A stretch of 62,892 nucleotides of DNA, counting the filler, from Octopus bimaculoides (taxonomy: Eukaryota): the NCBI RefSeq assembly GCF_001194135.2. It is 7 parts of 7 records of this genome, joined end to end, with 100 filler letters (N's around TTAATTAATTAA, not from the genome) between each part and the next. Parts side by side here need not be neighbours in the genome. Positions count along the whole stretch, not along the records: positions 15,806 to 30,920 come from NC_069006.1; positions 31,021 to 48,160 come from NC_068991.1; 5 more parts are not named here. One strand, 5' to 3'. Made by a program: the position numbers and the translations under genes. Under the pieces are notes generated by a model that ran no database searches, had not been told where the DNA came from, and saw nothing but the letters and a program-made list of their open reading frames with translations. Position 1 is the stretch's first letter. Each line of letters opens with the position of its first letter. Positions 22,505 through 33,720 of this stretch are shown here, one piece after another.

Positions 22505-23462
22505 TATATTGTATTTTGGGATGGTCATTTTTTTTTTCTCCAAATAAACACATGCACTATATATTCGTTTTTCACTCATTTATTACTGTTCTTGTTTATA
22601 NNNNNNNNNNNNNNNNNNNNNNNNNNNNNNNNNNNNNNNNNNNNNNNNNNNNNNNNNNNNNNNNNNNNNNNNNNNNNNNNNNNNNNNNNNNNNNNNNNNN
22701 NNNNNNNNNNNNNNNNNNNNNNNNNNNNNNNNNNNNNNNNNNNNNNNNNNNNNNNNNNNNNNNNNNNNNNNNNNNNNNNNNNNNNNNNNNNNNNNNNNNN
22801 NNNNNNNNNNNNNNNNNNNNNNNNNNNNNNNNNNNNNNNNNNNNNNNNNNNNNNNNNNNNNNNNNNNNNNNNNNNNNNNNNNNNNNNNNNNNNNNNNNNN
22901 NNNNNNNNNNNNNNNNNNNNNNNNNNNNNNNNNNNNNNNNNNNNNNNNNNNNNNNNNNNNNNNNNNNNNNNNNNNNNNNNNNNNNNNNNNNNNNNNNNNN
23001 NNNNNNNNNNNNNNNNNNNNNNNNNNNNNNNNNNNNNNNNNNNNNNNNNNNNNNNNNNNNNNNNNNNNNNNNNNNNNNNNNNNNNNNNNNNNNNNNNNNN
23101 NNNNNNNNNNNNNNNNNNNNNNNNNNNNNNNNNNNNNNNNNNNNNNNNNNNNNNNNNNNNNNNNNNNNNNNNNNNNNNNNNNNNNNNNNNNNNNNNNNNN
23201 NNNNNNNNNNNNNNNNNNNNNNNNNNNNNNNNNNNNNNNNNNNNNNNNNNNNNNNNNNNNNNNNNNNNNNNNNNNNNNNNNNNNNNNNNNNNNNNNNNNN
23301 NNNNNNNNNNNNNNNNNNNNNNNNNNNNNNNNNNNNNNNNNNNNNNNNNNNNNNNNNNNNNNNNNNNNNNNNNNNNNNNNNNNNNNNNNNNNNNNNNNNN
23401 NNNNNNNNNNNNNNNNNNNNNNNNNNNNNNNNNNNNNNNNNNNNNNNNNNNNNNNNNNNNNN

Positions 23463-23497
<35 letters not shown>

Positions 23498-23511
23498 ATA
23501 AAATATATGCA

Positions 23512-23553
<42 letters not shown>

Positions 23554-23836
23554 CATACACACACGCAAATATTCTGTATATATATGTATGTGTGTGTGTG
23601 TATGTACATGTATGTATATATGTGTAAATGTATATATATATGTGTGTGTGTGTGTGTGTATGTACATATGTGTATGTATGTGTATATATATAAATATATA
23701 TGTATGTATGTGTGTGTGTGTATGTACATATGTGTATATATATGTATGCGTATATATATATATATATATGTGTGTATATGTATATACAGGTAGACATTAA
23801 ATGCTGATGATTTTGTATATTTGTGTGTGTGTGTGT

Positions 23837-23878
<42 letters not shown>

Positions 23879-24360
23879 TTATACGTGTATATGTATGCAT
23901 GTAGCAATGTATATTTCAAGAATCTCTTTATCTCTGTATTACCATAATTCCTTGGGTTGACTAGGTCTGCTTCTCCTGCACAGGGTCCTTCCTCAAGCCC
24001 TAGGCCTTTTCCTTCCTATTCACATAACAGCAAAAGCAGCCAAATACCCTTCGTTGCTCCGTATTTATCCCCCCAGCATTTAAATGGGCAATTTCCTGCC
24101 CACACATCCTATGCATTTTCTATTCTAACCAACCAGATCCAGCCTCTCACACCTCCCCTACAATGCCATTCTAAGAACAAACAATCCCATCATTGAAATC
24201 TCAAAGCTATGAGATAATCCAGGATTAATTTAAAACGATGTGAATGGAAAAGCATTTCATTTGGTAGAAAAATCCTAATTGCAAAGGGTTAATGTTTGTT
24301 TCTTGAGGTGGATTTTGTGGCTTGATGCCTTTCCCATCACCAACCCCTCTATATACTCTT

Positions 24361-24907
24361 CTTTTATTCTTTTATTTGTCTGAATCATTTGACTGCGGTC
24401 ATGCTGGAACACTGCTTTGAAGGGTTGTAGTCAAACAAATCGACCCCAAGTTTTATTTTTTAAGCCCAGTACTGATTCTATCGGTCTATTTTGCCGAACT
24501 GCTAAGTTACAGGGATGTAAGCACACTATCATCAGTTGTCAAGCAGTGATGAGGTGGGGACAAACACAGACACAATGACACACACACATAAATATATACA
24601 TACACACACACACACACACGTGATGGGCTTCTTTCAGTTTCCATCTATAAATCTACTCACAAGGCTATAATGGAAGATACTTGCCCAAGCTGCCACTCAG
24701 TGGAAATGAACCATGTGGTTGGGGAATAAGTTTCTTACCACACAGCCATGCCTGTGCGTAGGTGCCATGCAGTGGGACTGAACCAAGAACCATGTGGTTG
24801 GGAAGCAAGCTTCTTACTACACAGCCACATCTGTGTGTAGGTGCCACACAGTGGGAACCTGGAAGCATGTGGTTGGGAAGCAAGCTTCTTACCACACAGC
24901 CATGCCT
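24361..24907 (-). mobile_element. Family 'B' SINE with three tandem tRNA-like heads
   Basis: The unit CATGTGGTTGGG..GCAAG(C)TTCTTAC.ACACAGCCA occurs three times at ~24715-24905. Body and tail are homologous to 12668-13134. Confidence 0.85.
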
Positions 24908-25048
24908 ACACCTTGTCTCAATGTATTTCATTTTCTACCAACAATGGAGTATTTTTTTGCCAAGACTACAGATTCTCCTCTTCCCTTCCTCCTCGATGGG
25001 TTGCTGCTGCTGCTGTGGTTGCCGAGGCCTTAACTTGGCACTGGATTA

Positions 25049-25175
25049 CATCATCATTAGCATGTATCTTCCATTCTCTATGCTGGCATGGTTTGGACTG
25101 GGGCTGCACGAAGTTCATTATCTGCTTTAGCATCGTTTCTATGACTGGATGCCCTTCCTAGTGCCAACCACTTCA
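25049..25175 (-). mobile_element. 3' fragment of SINE family 'C' (GGAAGGGCATCCAG core, (GAT)n tail)
   Basis: Reverse complement of the 29910-30092 copy motifs (TGCTGGCATGG, CTGGATGCCCTTCC). Confidence 0.7.
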
Positions 25176-25985
25176 TATAGTGGTAGAACTGTGTAGTGGC
25201 TAAGTCTACCAGAGCTAATTGCCGAGTAGGAGTTTGGAAGAAATACAAGAAAGGGGTAGCAATAAGTGGTGTCATGAAGTCCAAAGTAAGAACGGAAGTC
25301 AAGAGAATAAAAGGTTCACTTATGTTAGTTCTGTGAGGCTCTGAGGCATGAAACTGGTAAATGATGTTTGTGTGGATGAGGGTAGCATTTGGTGAACTCA
25401 ACTGGAACAAGAATGGGGTGTGGAAAATCTTAAAATGAGAGCATGTTGAATGAGTAAGGTTCCATATCTTTTATAAAATGGTCACCTATCAAAGTTAGCT
25501 TCATTATAATTAGTAATTTTATTTGGGAAATAAAGGAAAGGAAACAGAGAAACAGATCTATGAAGTTTGATAGGTGATACGTCACAAGTACCAAGATATG
25601 GTGGCACCATGTTGGTTACCCTCTTAATTCACAGGAAGCCTCTGCTCCTTTGTTTGGTGTAGCAATATTATCTCTTCAAGTGCTACAAGGAAAAAGGTGA
25701 TGTCATGGTGCATAAAATACTGAACTAATATTTGAGAGTATCTGAGAGAGTTTTAGTAAAATGAGTTTAGGATTTTGTTAAAGATTAATGACTTGTAGTA
25801 AATATGGTGTATGTAGCCATTACATTTCTCTCATCTTCAGACTCATTGTTTGTTCACATATGATGTCTTGTATACAAAACATCGCAACAGGAATCAGTGC
25901 TGGCTATAATTTATATAGAATATTGGTAGAGATAACCTTAAGTTAAATACTACAGTTCTATATAACCACTACACCATGTGCCCGT

Positions 25986-26236
25986 GGGCACATGGCGTAG
26001 TGGTTAAGAGCGTGGGCTACTAACCCCCAAGATTCTGAGTTCAATTCCAGGCAGTGACCTGAATAATAATGATGATAATAATAATAATAATAATAATAAT
26101 ATCGAAAAATACCTTAGGAATGAGAACCCGGGTTCAAAATTTCCTCGAGGCAGCTGATGAAGGCTGGAGGGTATATCAGCCGAAACGTGTTAACAACAAA
26201 CAAGATGAGGACAAATATTCGTCAATTGTAAATAAA
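25986..26236 (+). mobile_element. tRNA(Ser-like)-headed SINE with a hammerhead-like motif in its 3' part
   Basis: A box TGGCGTAGTGG, anticodon-arm-like GGGCTACTAACCC and B box GAGTTCAATTCC, then (AAT)n. The 3' part reads CTGATGA-A-GGCTG(N10)CAGCC-GAAACGT at 26154-26188. Confidence 0.8.
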
Positions 26237-26900
26237 GTTAGATACTGGTTTGTTAGTCTGTAGAATCATAACTGTCATATTCTACAGAAATAGGTGCCAG
26301 GCAAGTTCTTGATAGTTTATCTAATTCTTCTCACCAAAACTGTATTCCACAATTCTTGAAGCTTTACATAGATATTTATTTGTATTGGTCACCTATACAT
26401 AAATAATGAGGCTGCTGTATAGTTCTTGGAGAGCTTTTTGTGTCTCAACCACAAAGTGAAGATTTCATTTCTATGTAAACTGAATCATTATTTTCATTAC
26501 ATGTGTGTGTGTGTGTGTGTGTGTGCAGGCGAGAGAGAGAGAGAGAGAGAGAAAGAGGGAGGTTAGAAAGAAAAGTATGTATCAATGTTTTAAAAATTAT
26601 AATATTTAACTTAGCTTTGTTACCCCAGGTTACAAATTTTCTTTGTGATTTTTGGCATAACTGCATTATTTATCACCATGGAAACTTAACTGTATATTAT
26701 TAGACATTTGATAAACTTATCAAACCATCTGGAAATACCTAGAAAGTGTTTTATTGTTTAAGATGTTTATGTTGAGCGCCAGACAATAAATATTTGAAGA
26801 CTTTACTACCTGTTTGGTACATCTTGTCATTTGTTTCAATGAAATATGTGTTTTTGAGTTTGTATGTGTTTGTGTGTGTTGTGTATGTGTCTTTATGTAA

Positions 26901-26952
<52 letters not shown>

Positions 26953-27265
26953 ATGTATATATATATATGTATACACACACACACTTAGACAAGTAAATTT
27001 AAAGACAGAAAAATATATTTAACTCTTTTTGTGTTATAATAAATTTCTTGTTAGCCAGGTTGTAAATAAATAAAGCACCCCATGTAATGCATTTTTCATA
27101 TGTTATACATTGATGCCCCTCCCCTCAACCATAATCAAAGCAACATCAAAAAAAAAAAAGAAAGATCAATACTGTGCCCCCTACCCCTCCCAGTTTTAGA
27201 ATATTTAAAGTCTATTGCTGGTGCTGGTATTGCTAAAAATAAATACCACCAATACTACTAATGCG

Positions 27266-27304
<39 letters not shown>

Positions 27305-27395
27305 GCTGCTGCTGTACCTGTTCCTCTTTCTGTTGTTGCTGAATGTTGTTTTTCTCTTTCGACCATCAACCCCCCCACTCTGCTCTGATTTGCAG

Positions 27396-27617
27396 CCCGA
27401 AAGACGCGGCGTCTCTGTCAGCCGAGATACACCGCCACGTTGACATCTTGGGACTGTGAGAGCACATCCGATGACCTGCAGTCGTCGTGCAGGCAATGCT
27501 CAAATAGTCTCATGCAACACGTACAGAACGTCCTACATGTCTTTTGCATCACATGGCAACCGAGCACCACCATCACCTCCACCACCTCCACCAACCAGAG
27601 AAACAAACTTCATTCTG
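27396..27617 (+). other. Candidate exon of unknown identity
   Basis: Non-repetitive, CpG-rich island in AT-rich DNA behind a plausible acceptor (ctgctctgatttgcag|), with a weak GT donor at 27618. No homology recognised. Confidence 0.3.
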
Positions 27618-28299
27618 GTGGGAATACATACATACATATACATATATATATATATGCGTGTATATATATAATATATATGTATATATATACTCTTATTGAT
27701 TGTTTTTATTCTGCATCTTTTTACTCTTGGCTGTTTTCGTTTGGCAAATATTTTGGCATTTTTTTTTTAGAGTTATGCTGTTTTATTTAATTTTTTTTTT
27801 ATATATACATTTTTGTTGTTGTTGTGAATTTGTGTGTTTATGGTGATGCATTTTTCCTTAATCCTTAATAATATTTTTCCCCCTTATTCTTTGCTAGTTT
27901 GTTTTGAATTGTTTCGCCAGCGTTAGGTTTTGAAGACTTCATTTAAAAAAAAAATTTATTATATGTACACTCTCTCTGTCTCTACACAGATGCATGCATG
28001 CATATATACGTACACACATAGTGAAAATTTGGAATGGCTGGGGTTTTCAGAAAAAGAAATCAACTAGTTAAGATGCATATTACAAAAACAAATTGTAAGC
28101 AGAACAATAAAAGTGTGCAAGATTTTTCTCAAGTTCAAAATGTGACATTGTTTTTGTTGCCTGCATTCTAACAATAAAATTCTGTATCTTTGTTAGAAAC
28201 CAGTTCCTTCCTTATAGGAAGGCCTCAAATTATTAAAAACGAAAGAGAACGTACATACATAATAAAAGGCATACATGCATTCATGCATATACACATACC

Positions 28300-28560
28300 T
28301 GTGGTAAGGATTGGTGCACTTGGATTTGATAGTAGATACCCAAGTGATAGTATGGAAAAGCTGGGGTTCTCAGGAAAAGAAATGAACCAACTAACTCACA
28401 AATTACAAGTACAATCTGTAAGTGGAGCAGTAAAAATATGCAAGACTTTTCTGAAGTTGAAAGTGTGAATTTGTTTTTGTTACCTACGTTTCAATGATGG
28501 AGCTTCATATCTTTGTCAGAAAGTAGTTACTTCATCAGAGAAAAATTTCAAATCATTAAA
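28300..28560 (+). mobile_element. Extreme 3' fragment of another R4/Dong-like element
   Basis: Reads IPVVRIGALG...MEKLGFSGKEMNQLTHKLQVQSVSGAVKICKTFLK*, parallel to the C-terminus at 13310-13470 and ~53100-53280. Confidence 0.7.
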
Positions 28561-29224
28561 AATAGTATATACCTAAATATATACATATATATTACATAGA
28601 AATAAGAGGAAGAAGATCGTATTCATGATCTTTGTAAACCCATTCAGATTGATGAAGTGGATGCAGGTTTGTGTTCAGTTTGGATAAGAATGAAATATCG
28701 AGTAGATGCGAGCACCATTTTGCAGAGAAGTAATGAATAAATAAGTAAAGTGTTTCTTGTATTTATTTGTATATAAGTTGCTCTTATGTATAACACACAA
28801 CACTGACGTTTTATTATGAAATTGTGGAAAAAATATTTCACATTTGTTTTTGTTTTTTTTTTGTTTTTCAGTATAATATTTGTAGAAAAAGAAGTGTGTA
28901 GTCAGATTTGTTATAATTGCTGTGTAAAATGCATTGAGAAGGTTTAGGCATCATCAAAATAATATGGAAATTTTAAAGTAACCTTTGAACCTTATCAGTG
29001 TATGCTGTAAAAGTATATCCGTTATGAAGTGTACTGACTGTAAAGTCAACTAGTATGGAAGGATATAAAAGAAACATATAAAAGTCAACAAGTATGGAAG
29101 GATATAAAAGACATAATGCAGAATGTAAACAATTTCATTAGTCTCCCATTTAAATACCTTTATTATCAAATATGTTTGTTCTTGCAATAGTCAGTCTCTC
29201 TCTCTCTCTCTCCCTCTCCCTCTA

Positions 29225-29265
<41 letters not shown>

Positions 29266-29266
29266 A

Positions 29267-29303
<37 letters not shown>

Positions 29304-29799
29304 TTCTCTATCCCTCTCTTTCTCTCTCTCTCTCTCTCTCAGATTGAAAGTTCCTAATACTTATAACTACATTCCAGGAACAGAAGTATTCGTATTTTGA
29401 TAGCAACAGTATTATTATGTACTGTTGTTAAAGATTTATTAATTTAATCTTTACATTACTTAATTAAAGCAATATTTTCAATAATGAAATTATTACATTC
29501 TGGCCTTCTGTACAAATGGTTGACAGCAGTCGTCTGTGATGAATATCTGACATATATAACCAGCCTACTTCCTGTTAATGCATCCTGGGTGACATTTAGT
29601 GCACCCTTAAAATCATGGTCTAAAAATCGGGGGCGGGGAAAGAATATTTTATGCATCAATATGGTAATTAGAATTTTGGGGGAGGGAAAATACACTTGAA
29701 ATTATTGTTCGTTAGCCCCAAGTTGGTCCTGGTTGAATGTACCTATGACCAGAGATGTTTCAGTCATAACCATCCCTTAATTTCAGATATAGTGTAGAT

Positions 29800-30266
29800 C
29801 AGTGGTTCTCAACCAGGGACAGTATGACCCCTTGGTGTGTGTGTGTGTGGGGGGGGGGTACACATAAGATTTTGTTGTTAAAGTATATGTGCAATAAATT
29901 GCTTATACTTGTCGGTGGCATGTAAAAAGCATCCACTACATTCTCAGAGTGGTTGGCATTAGGAAGGGCATCCAGCTGTAGAAACTTTGCCAAATCAGAT
30001 TGGAGCCTGGTGCAGCCTCCGGGCTTGCCAGTCCCCAGTCAAACCATCCAACCCATGCCAGCATGGAAAGCAAACAAGTGATGATGATGATGTACAGTAA
30101 ACAAAATATTTTAACAATTTTTTTTTTATGCAATTCCTAATAATTAATTATAAAACATAACAGGATTTTAAAAACATTGAATGGCTGTGAGGGTCCACCT
30201 GATTAAAATAGAAAGCAAAGGGGTCCATAGGTAAAAATAAAAAATAAAAAATGTTGAGAAGCACTG
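29800..30266. mobile_element. hAT (Charlie-like) MITE interrupted by a SINE
   Basis: TIRs CAGTGGTTCTCAAC / GTTGAGAAGCACTG. The degenerate 8-bp flanks GTGTAGAT / GTCTAGTC resemble a TCTAGA-centred hAT target. Confidence 0.75.
29910..30092 (+). mobile_element. SINE family 'C' 3' part nested in the hAT MITE
   Basis: GTGGTTGGCATTAGGAAGGGCATCCAGCTGTAGAAAC...CCAACCCATGCCAGCATGGAAA followed by a (GAT)n tail. Confidence 0.8.
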
Positions 30267-30689
30267 GTCTAGTCTAGCCAGTGTTTCCTTGTATTTCATT
30301 TTGAGATAGTAGATGTGATTTGAAGGAAACTGAGGTGCACTTTCTAGAAAGTTGAGCAATCACATTGAGGCTTTCTTGAAGTTGTCAAGGTGGGTGACAA
30401 GGGTCTGTAGTAGATTAATGATACTAAACACAGTCCTTTTGTCCTAATTCTCTATCGTTCACCTTCTTCTTCCTTGAGGGTCCACCCTGAAATTTCATCA
30501 CTTGTGTTTTTAATCTCTTCCCAGCTTCCACCCACTCCTCTGTAATGTCAGTAGCCATGTAGTTCCCCTACACCAACAAACTTCTTCTCTTCTGGCTCTT
30601 TCATTCATACTTCAACTTTTCTTCTCCTAGCACAAAGCTGCCTCTATCTCTATTGCAGCATCACTCAGTTGAAAGGGATCCTAGCTTTG

Positions 30690-30820
30690 CAAGTTGCATG
30701 GTGACCTCACTAATGCTGGTGCCACAGACAAAGCAACCAGTTCACTCTGTTAAATGGTTGGTGTTCGAAAGGGCATCCAGCTGTAGAAACCATGATTGAT
30801 ATGGTTTCTATGGCTGGAGA

Positions 30821-30855
<35 letters not shown>

Positions 30856-30912
30856 GTTGTTGTTTATAGTTTCAGCTTAGAGCTGCGGCCATGCTGATGC
30901 ACCGCCGTGAAT
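30690..30912. mobile_element. Fragments of SINE families 'C' (+) and 'B' (-)
   Basis: AAGGGCATCCAGCTGTAGAAACCATG and CTGCGGCCATGCTGATGCACCGCC motifs. Confidence 0.6.
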
Positions 30913-30920
30913 ATATATAT

Positions 30921-31020
30921 NNNNNNNNNNNNNNNNNNNNNNNNNNNNNNNNNNNNNNNNNNNNTTAATTAATTAANNNNNNNNNNNNNNNNNNNNNNNN
31001 NNNNNNNNNNNNNNNNNNNN
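30921..31020. other. Assembly join with TTAATTAATTAA linker
   Basis: 44 N + 12-mer + 44 N. Confidence 0.95.
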
Positions 31021-31439
31021 AGAGAGAGTGAGAGAGAGAGAGGGGGGAACAGAGAAAGAGAGACTGAGTGAGTGAGTGTGTGTGTGTGTGTGTGTGTGTG
31101 ATTTCTTGTGTTTTGTATGTGTGATTTATTGTGTGTTTGTATGAGTGATTTCTTGTGTGTTCGCGCGCGGTTATCTATGAAGATATGGTTGTGTGTTTAT
31201 ACATATATTCTTTTACTATTCTAGTACTAATTTTCAGAGTGGTAGTTATATAAAGGATAGAGTTAATATGTCCCAAAATAGGGTAAATAACATTTTGAAT
31301 TGACAGATTTACTTTACCAAGTAGTCAGAACTCATTTCAACAAAACACATATAAACTTAATTGAACATTTAAATGTAAATTCATAAATGCCACCGATGTA
31401 ATCCAAGCCGGATGTGAGAATGACTGAATAATTTTCGTA

Positions 31440-31620
31440 AGATGCTATAAAATAAGTCTTGCTTATTGCTGGAAAATATTTCTATACAATAGGAGAGATA
31501 TTTGCAGAAAAGAATCAGCATTAATGCCATATTCTAACATATCTGTTATCAGCTTCTCTTCGACTGTTTTCGCGAAAGAATTTGATAAGATCTACTAGAG
31601 TGATCTTAAAACACCAGCTA
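31440..31620 (+). mobile_element. Very degraded LINE RT remnant (RTE-like)
   Basis: Frameshifted ISL-LIAGK and TVFAKEFDKI resemble the RT motifs RGISLLSIAGK and DFxKAFDxI. Confidence 0.35.
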
Positions 31621-32454
31621 AATCATTAACTTTTACAATGGGATTAATGAATTAGCGTATCTGAATTTCTGACGTTAAATGGAGCACTACGAATGACCGA
31701 TGCCGGTTATCTTTTGTTCTTCATAATGTTGATACACAAGCAGTAAAAAATTATACAAAGACTTACAGTCTCCAGATATAGAAACACCATAAACATATGC
31801 AAGACGTGAGATCAAAGGTAAGTATATGCTTCAATGTAACTTCGACTGGTTGTTTTCCAATAACTCTTATCACTAAATTAATTCTCTTCTCTTACATACA
31901 GAGAATTCCGAACAAAACATTGTTACTCTAAATAAAGAAATAATCCATAAGTCTTAGGAAGTTCGTAATGTTGTGAAGATATAAGTTCAAATTGACGTAA
32001 AAAAACATTTGCCTAAATCTCAGTAATTACGTACTGAGGACACATACAGTCGCACATCAGTGGTTACATTCTGGAAATCTCCTATATTGAGAAGGTTGGC
32101 CTTTTGCTCACAACATTAATATCACAATATTGTTTAGGAAATGTTGCTCCAGAAACAAACCATTTATGAATAACGTCCGCTTATAGGAAAACGAAACTTA
32201 GATAACAGAACGCAGTACGCTGCAATTATGAGCATATATTTCTCCTGTACTTAAGTTATTAATTCCTTTGTTACCATGTTTCTAATACTACGGTCGACAT
32301 TATTACTCTACAGATATATTATTATGCAGTAATGTATGCATGCGCATACATAAACAGATGCACACACATATTTATATACATGTATTTTTTGGAACGTTGC
32401 TTTTAGAACATCAGGGATACTGAGTTAAATTACCCTCACAAAGAGGAAAAATTT

Positions 32455-32543
32455 GTCAACATCCGGTCACGGGACTCGAACCCATATCCTTCAAAGACTA
32501 CGACCGAGTGCTTTGTCATTAAACGAAACTGCTCGCTGGCACC
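32455..32543 (-). mobile_element. tRNA-like SINE head
   Basis: GGGTTCGAGTCCCGTGACC B box and AAAGCACTCGG. Related to 13840-13922. Confidence 0.55.
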
Positions 32544-32949
32544 TCTGCTTTCGAAAAAATATCCTCTTCAAATTTGTATCGTACAATACACATTTCGATG
32601 CTTCTAAAAAAACCAACACATATTTGTTTATATTTATGTACCTTCTATATTTTATTTATTTCAGTCATTAGTCTGCGGCCATGCTGGGGCACCGCCTCGA
32701 CAAATGTTAGTAGAACGAATCAGGGTTCAGTAGTCATAGTTCGTTCCATACATCACCAGTTATATTAGTCATTTGGCACCAGGCATACGACGCGTCCCAA
32801 TTGCTACGATGTGCGGTCGCCTCCGATAGGGAGAGGAGCAGCCCGTTTCGCTTGTTCCGAGTTCCAGAGTAAATTGCTACCAACATCATCATCCGAGCTA
32901 CATTCGTTCGCTTTGTTAGAGAAAATTCCATGTCGTTCTCGGATAACTT

Positions 32950-33720
32950 GCGTTATCCTAAAAGAAGCTTCGGTGGATATCAGATTTCGCCCCTACCTAG
33001 TTCGAAGATCTATTTGCACGTCAGATGCGCTTCAGACTTAAAAATACTCCCATACATCTCCACACATCTGGTGTAGTATTGGGGTTGACTTCCCTTAATG
33101 TTCGTATATCTATTCCCTTAGCTCGTTTAATGCCATCATTTAATAATGATATTGGGTAATGTCTTTTGATTAGTATTTCTCTGAGTAAGAATGGAAATAT
33201 CGAGATACAAGTGTGACTCACCGAGTTTCTAATGGGTAGGAAATGCATCGCAATATCAGGTCTAACAATATTGACTGAAATGTTGACCACCTTAGATGAG
33301 CTGAGATAGGAATAAAAGTAATAAAAGTCATTATTGTGAATTGTTAAAGAGATTCAAAAGCATACCGGTTTCATAAAATTACTGATCACCGATTGGAATA
33401 CACACCGATTACCGAACGGTCTCGGGCCTACTAGACGCTGAGTAAAAATATTATGTGTAAGGGAAGTTAGTAGTTCTGGATCTGTTTCAATTAGGGTAGA
33501 TATAGATCTGTAATGTGAATGGTGTATGGGATGTATGGGTGGTATTAATTACATCAGTGAAGATGACTCAATAGTAAAAAACAAAAGTGAATACTGTCCT
33601 ACAAAAGGCGGAAATAAAGCACTTGATGTTTTTTGTGAACACATTACCAATTTTCCTTTTAATACCCTACAAAAACAACGAATTAAATCCAACTATATTA
33701 CTCACGTAACATAAGAATGG
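32950..33720. mobile_element. Penelope-like fragments in opposite orientations
   Basis: Minus ~32950-33180 reads LREILIKRHYPISLLNDGIKRAKGIDIRTLR (PLE RT thumb-like). Plus ~33580-33700 reads KSEYCPTKGGNKALDVFCEHI (PLE pre-RT-like). 33180-33290 is homologous to 37865-37977. Confidence 0.55.

Noticed and set aside
31760-31825. Strong GTAAGT donor at 31818 as a further coding exon
   Set aside because: All three frames from the nearest acceptor (TCTCCAG) contain stops, and no homology is recognisable. A non-coding exon cannot be excluded.
13840-32543. tRNA-like sequences at 9500-9573, 13840-13922, 25986-26055 and 32455-32543 as tRNA genes
   Set aside because: No complete cloverleaf or acceptor stem; they continue into repeat bodies, so they are SINE heads.
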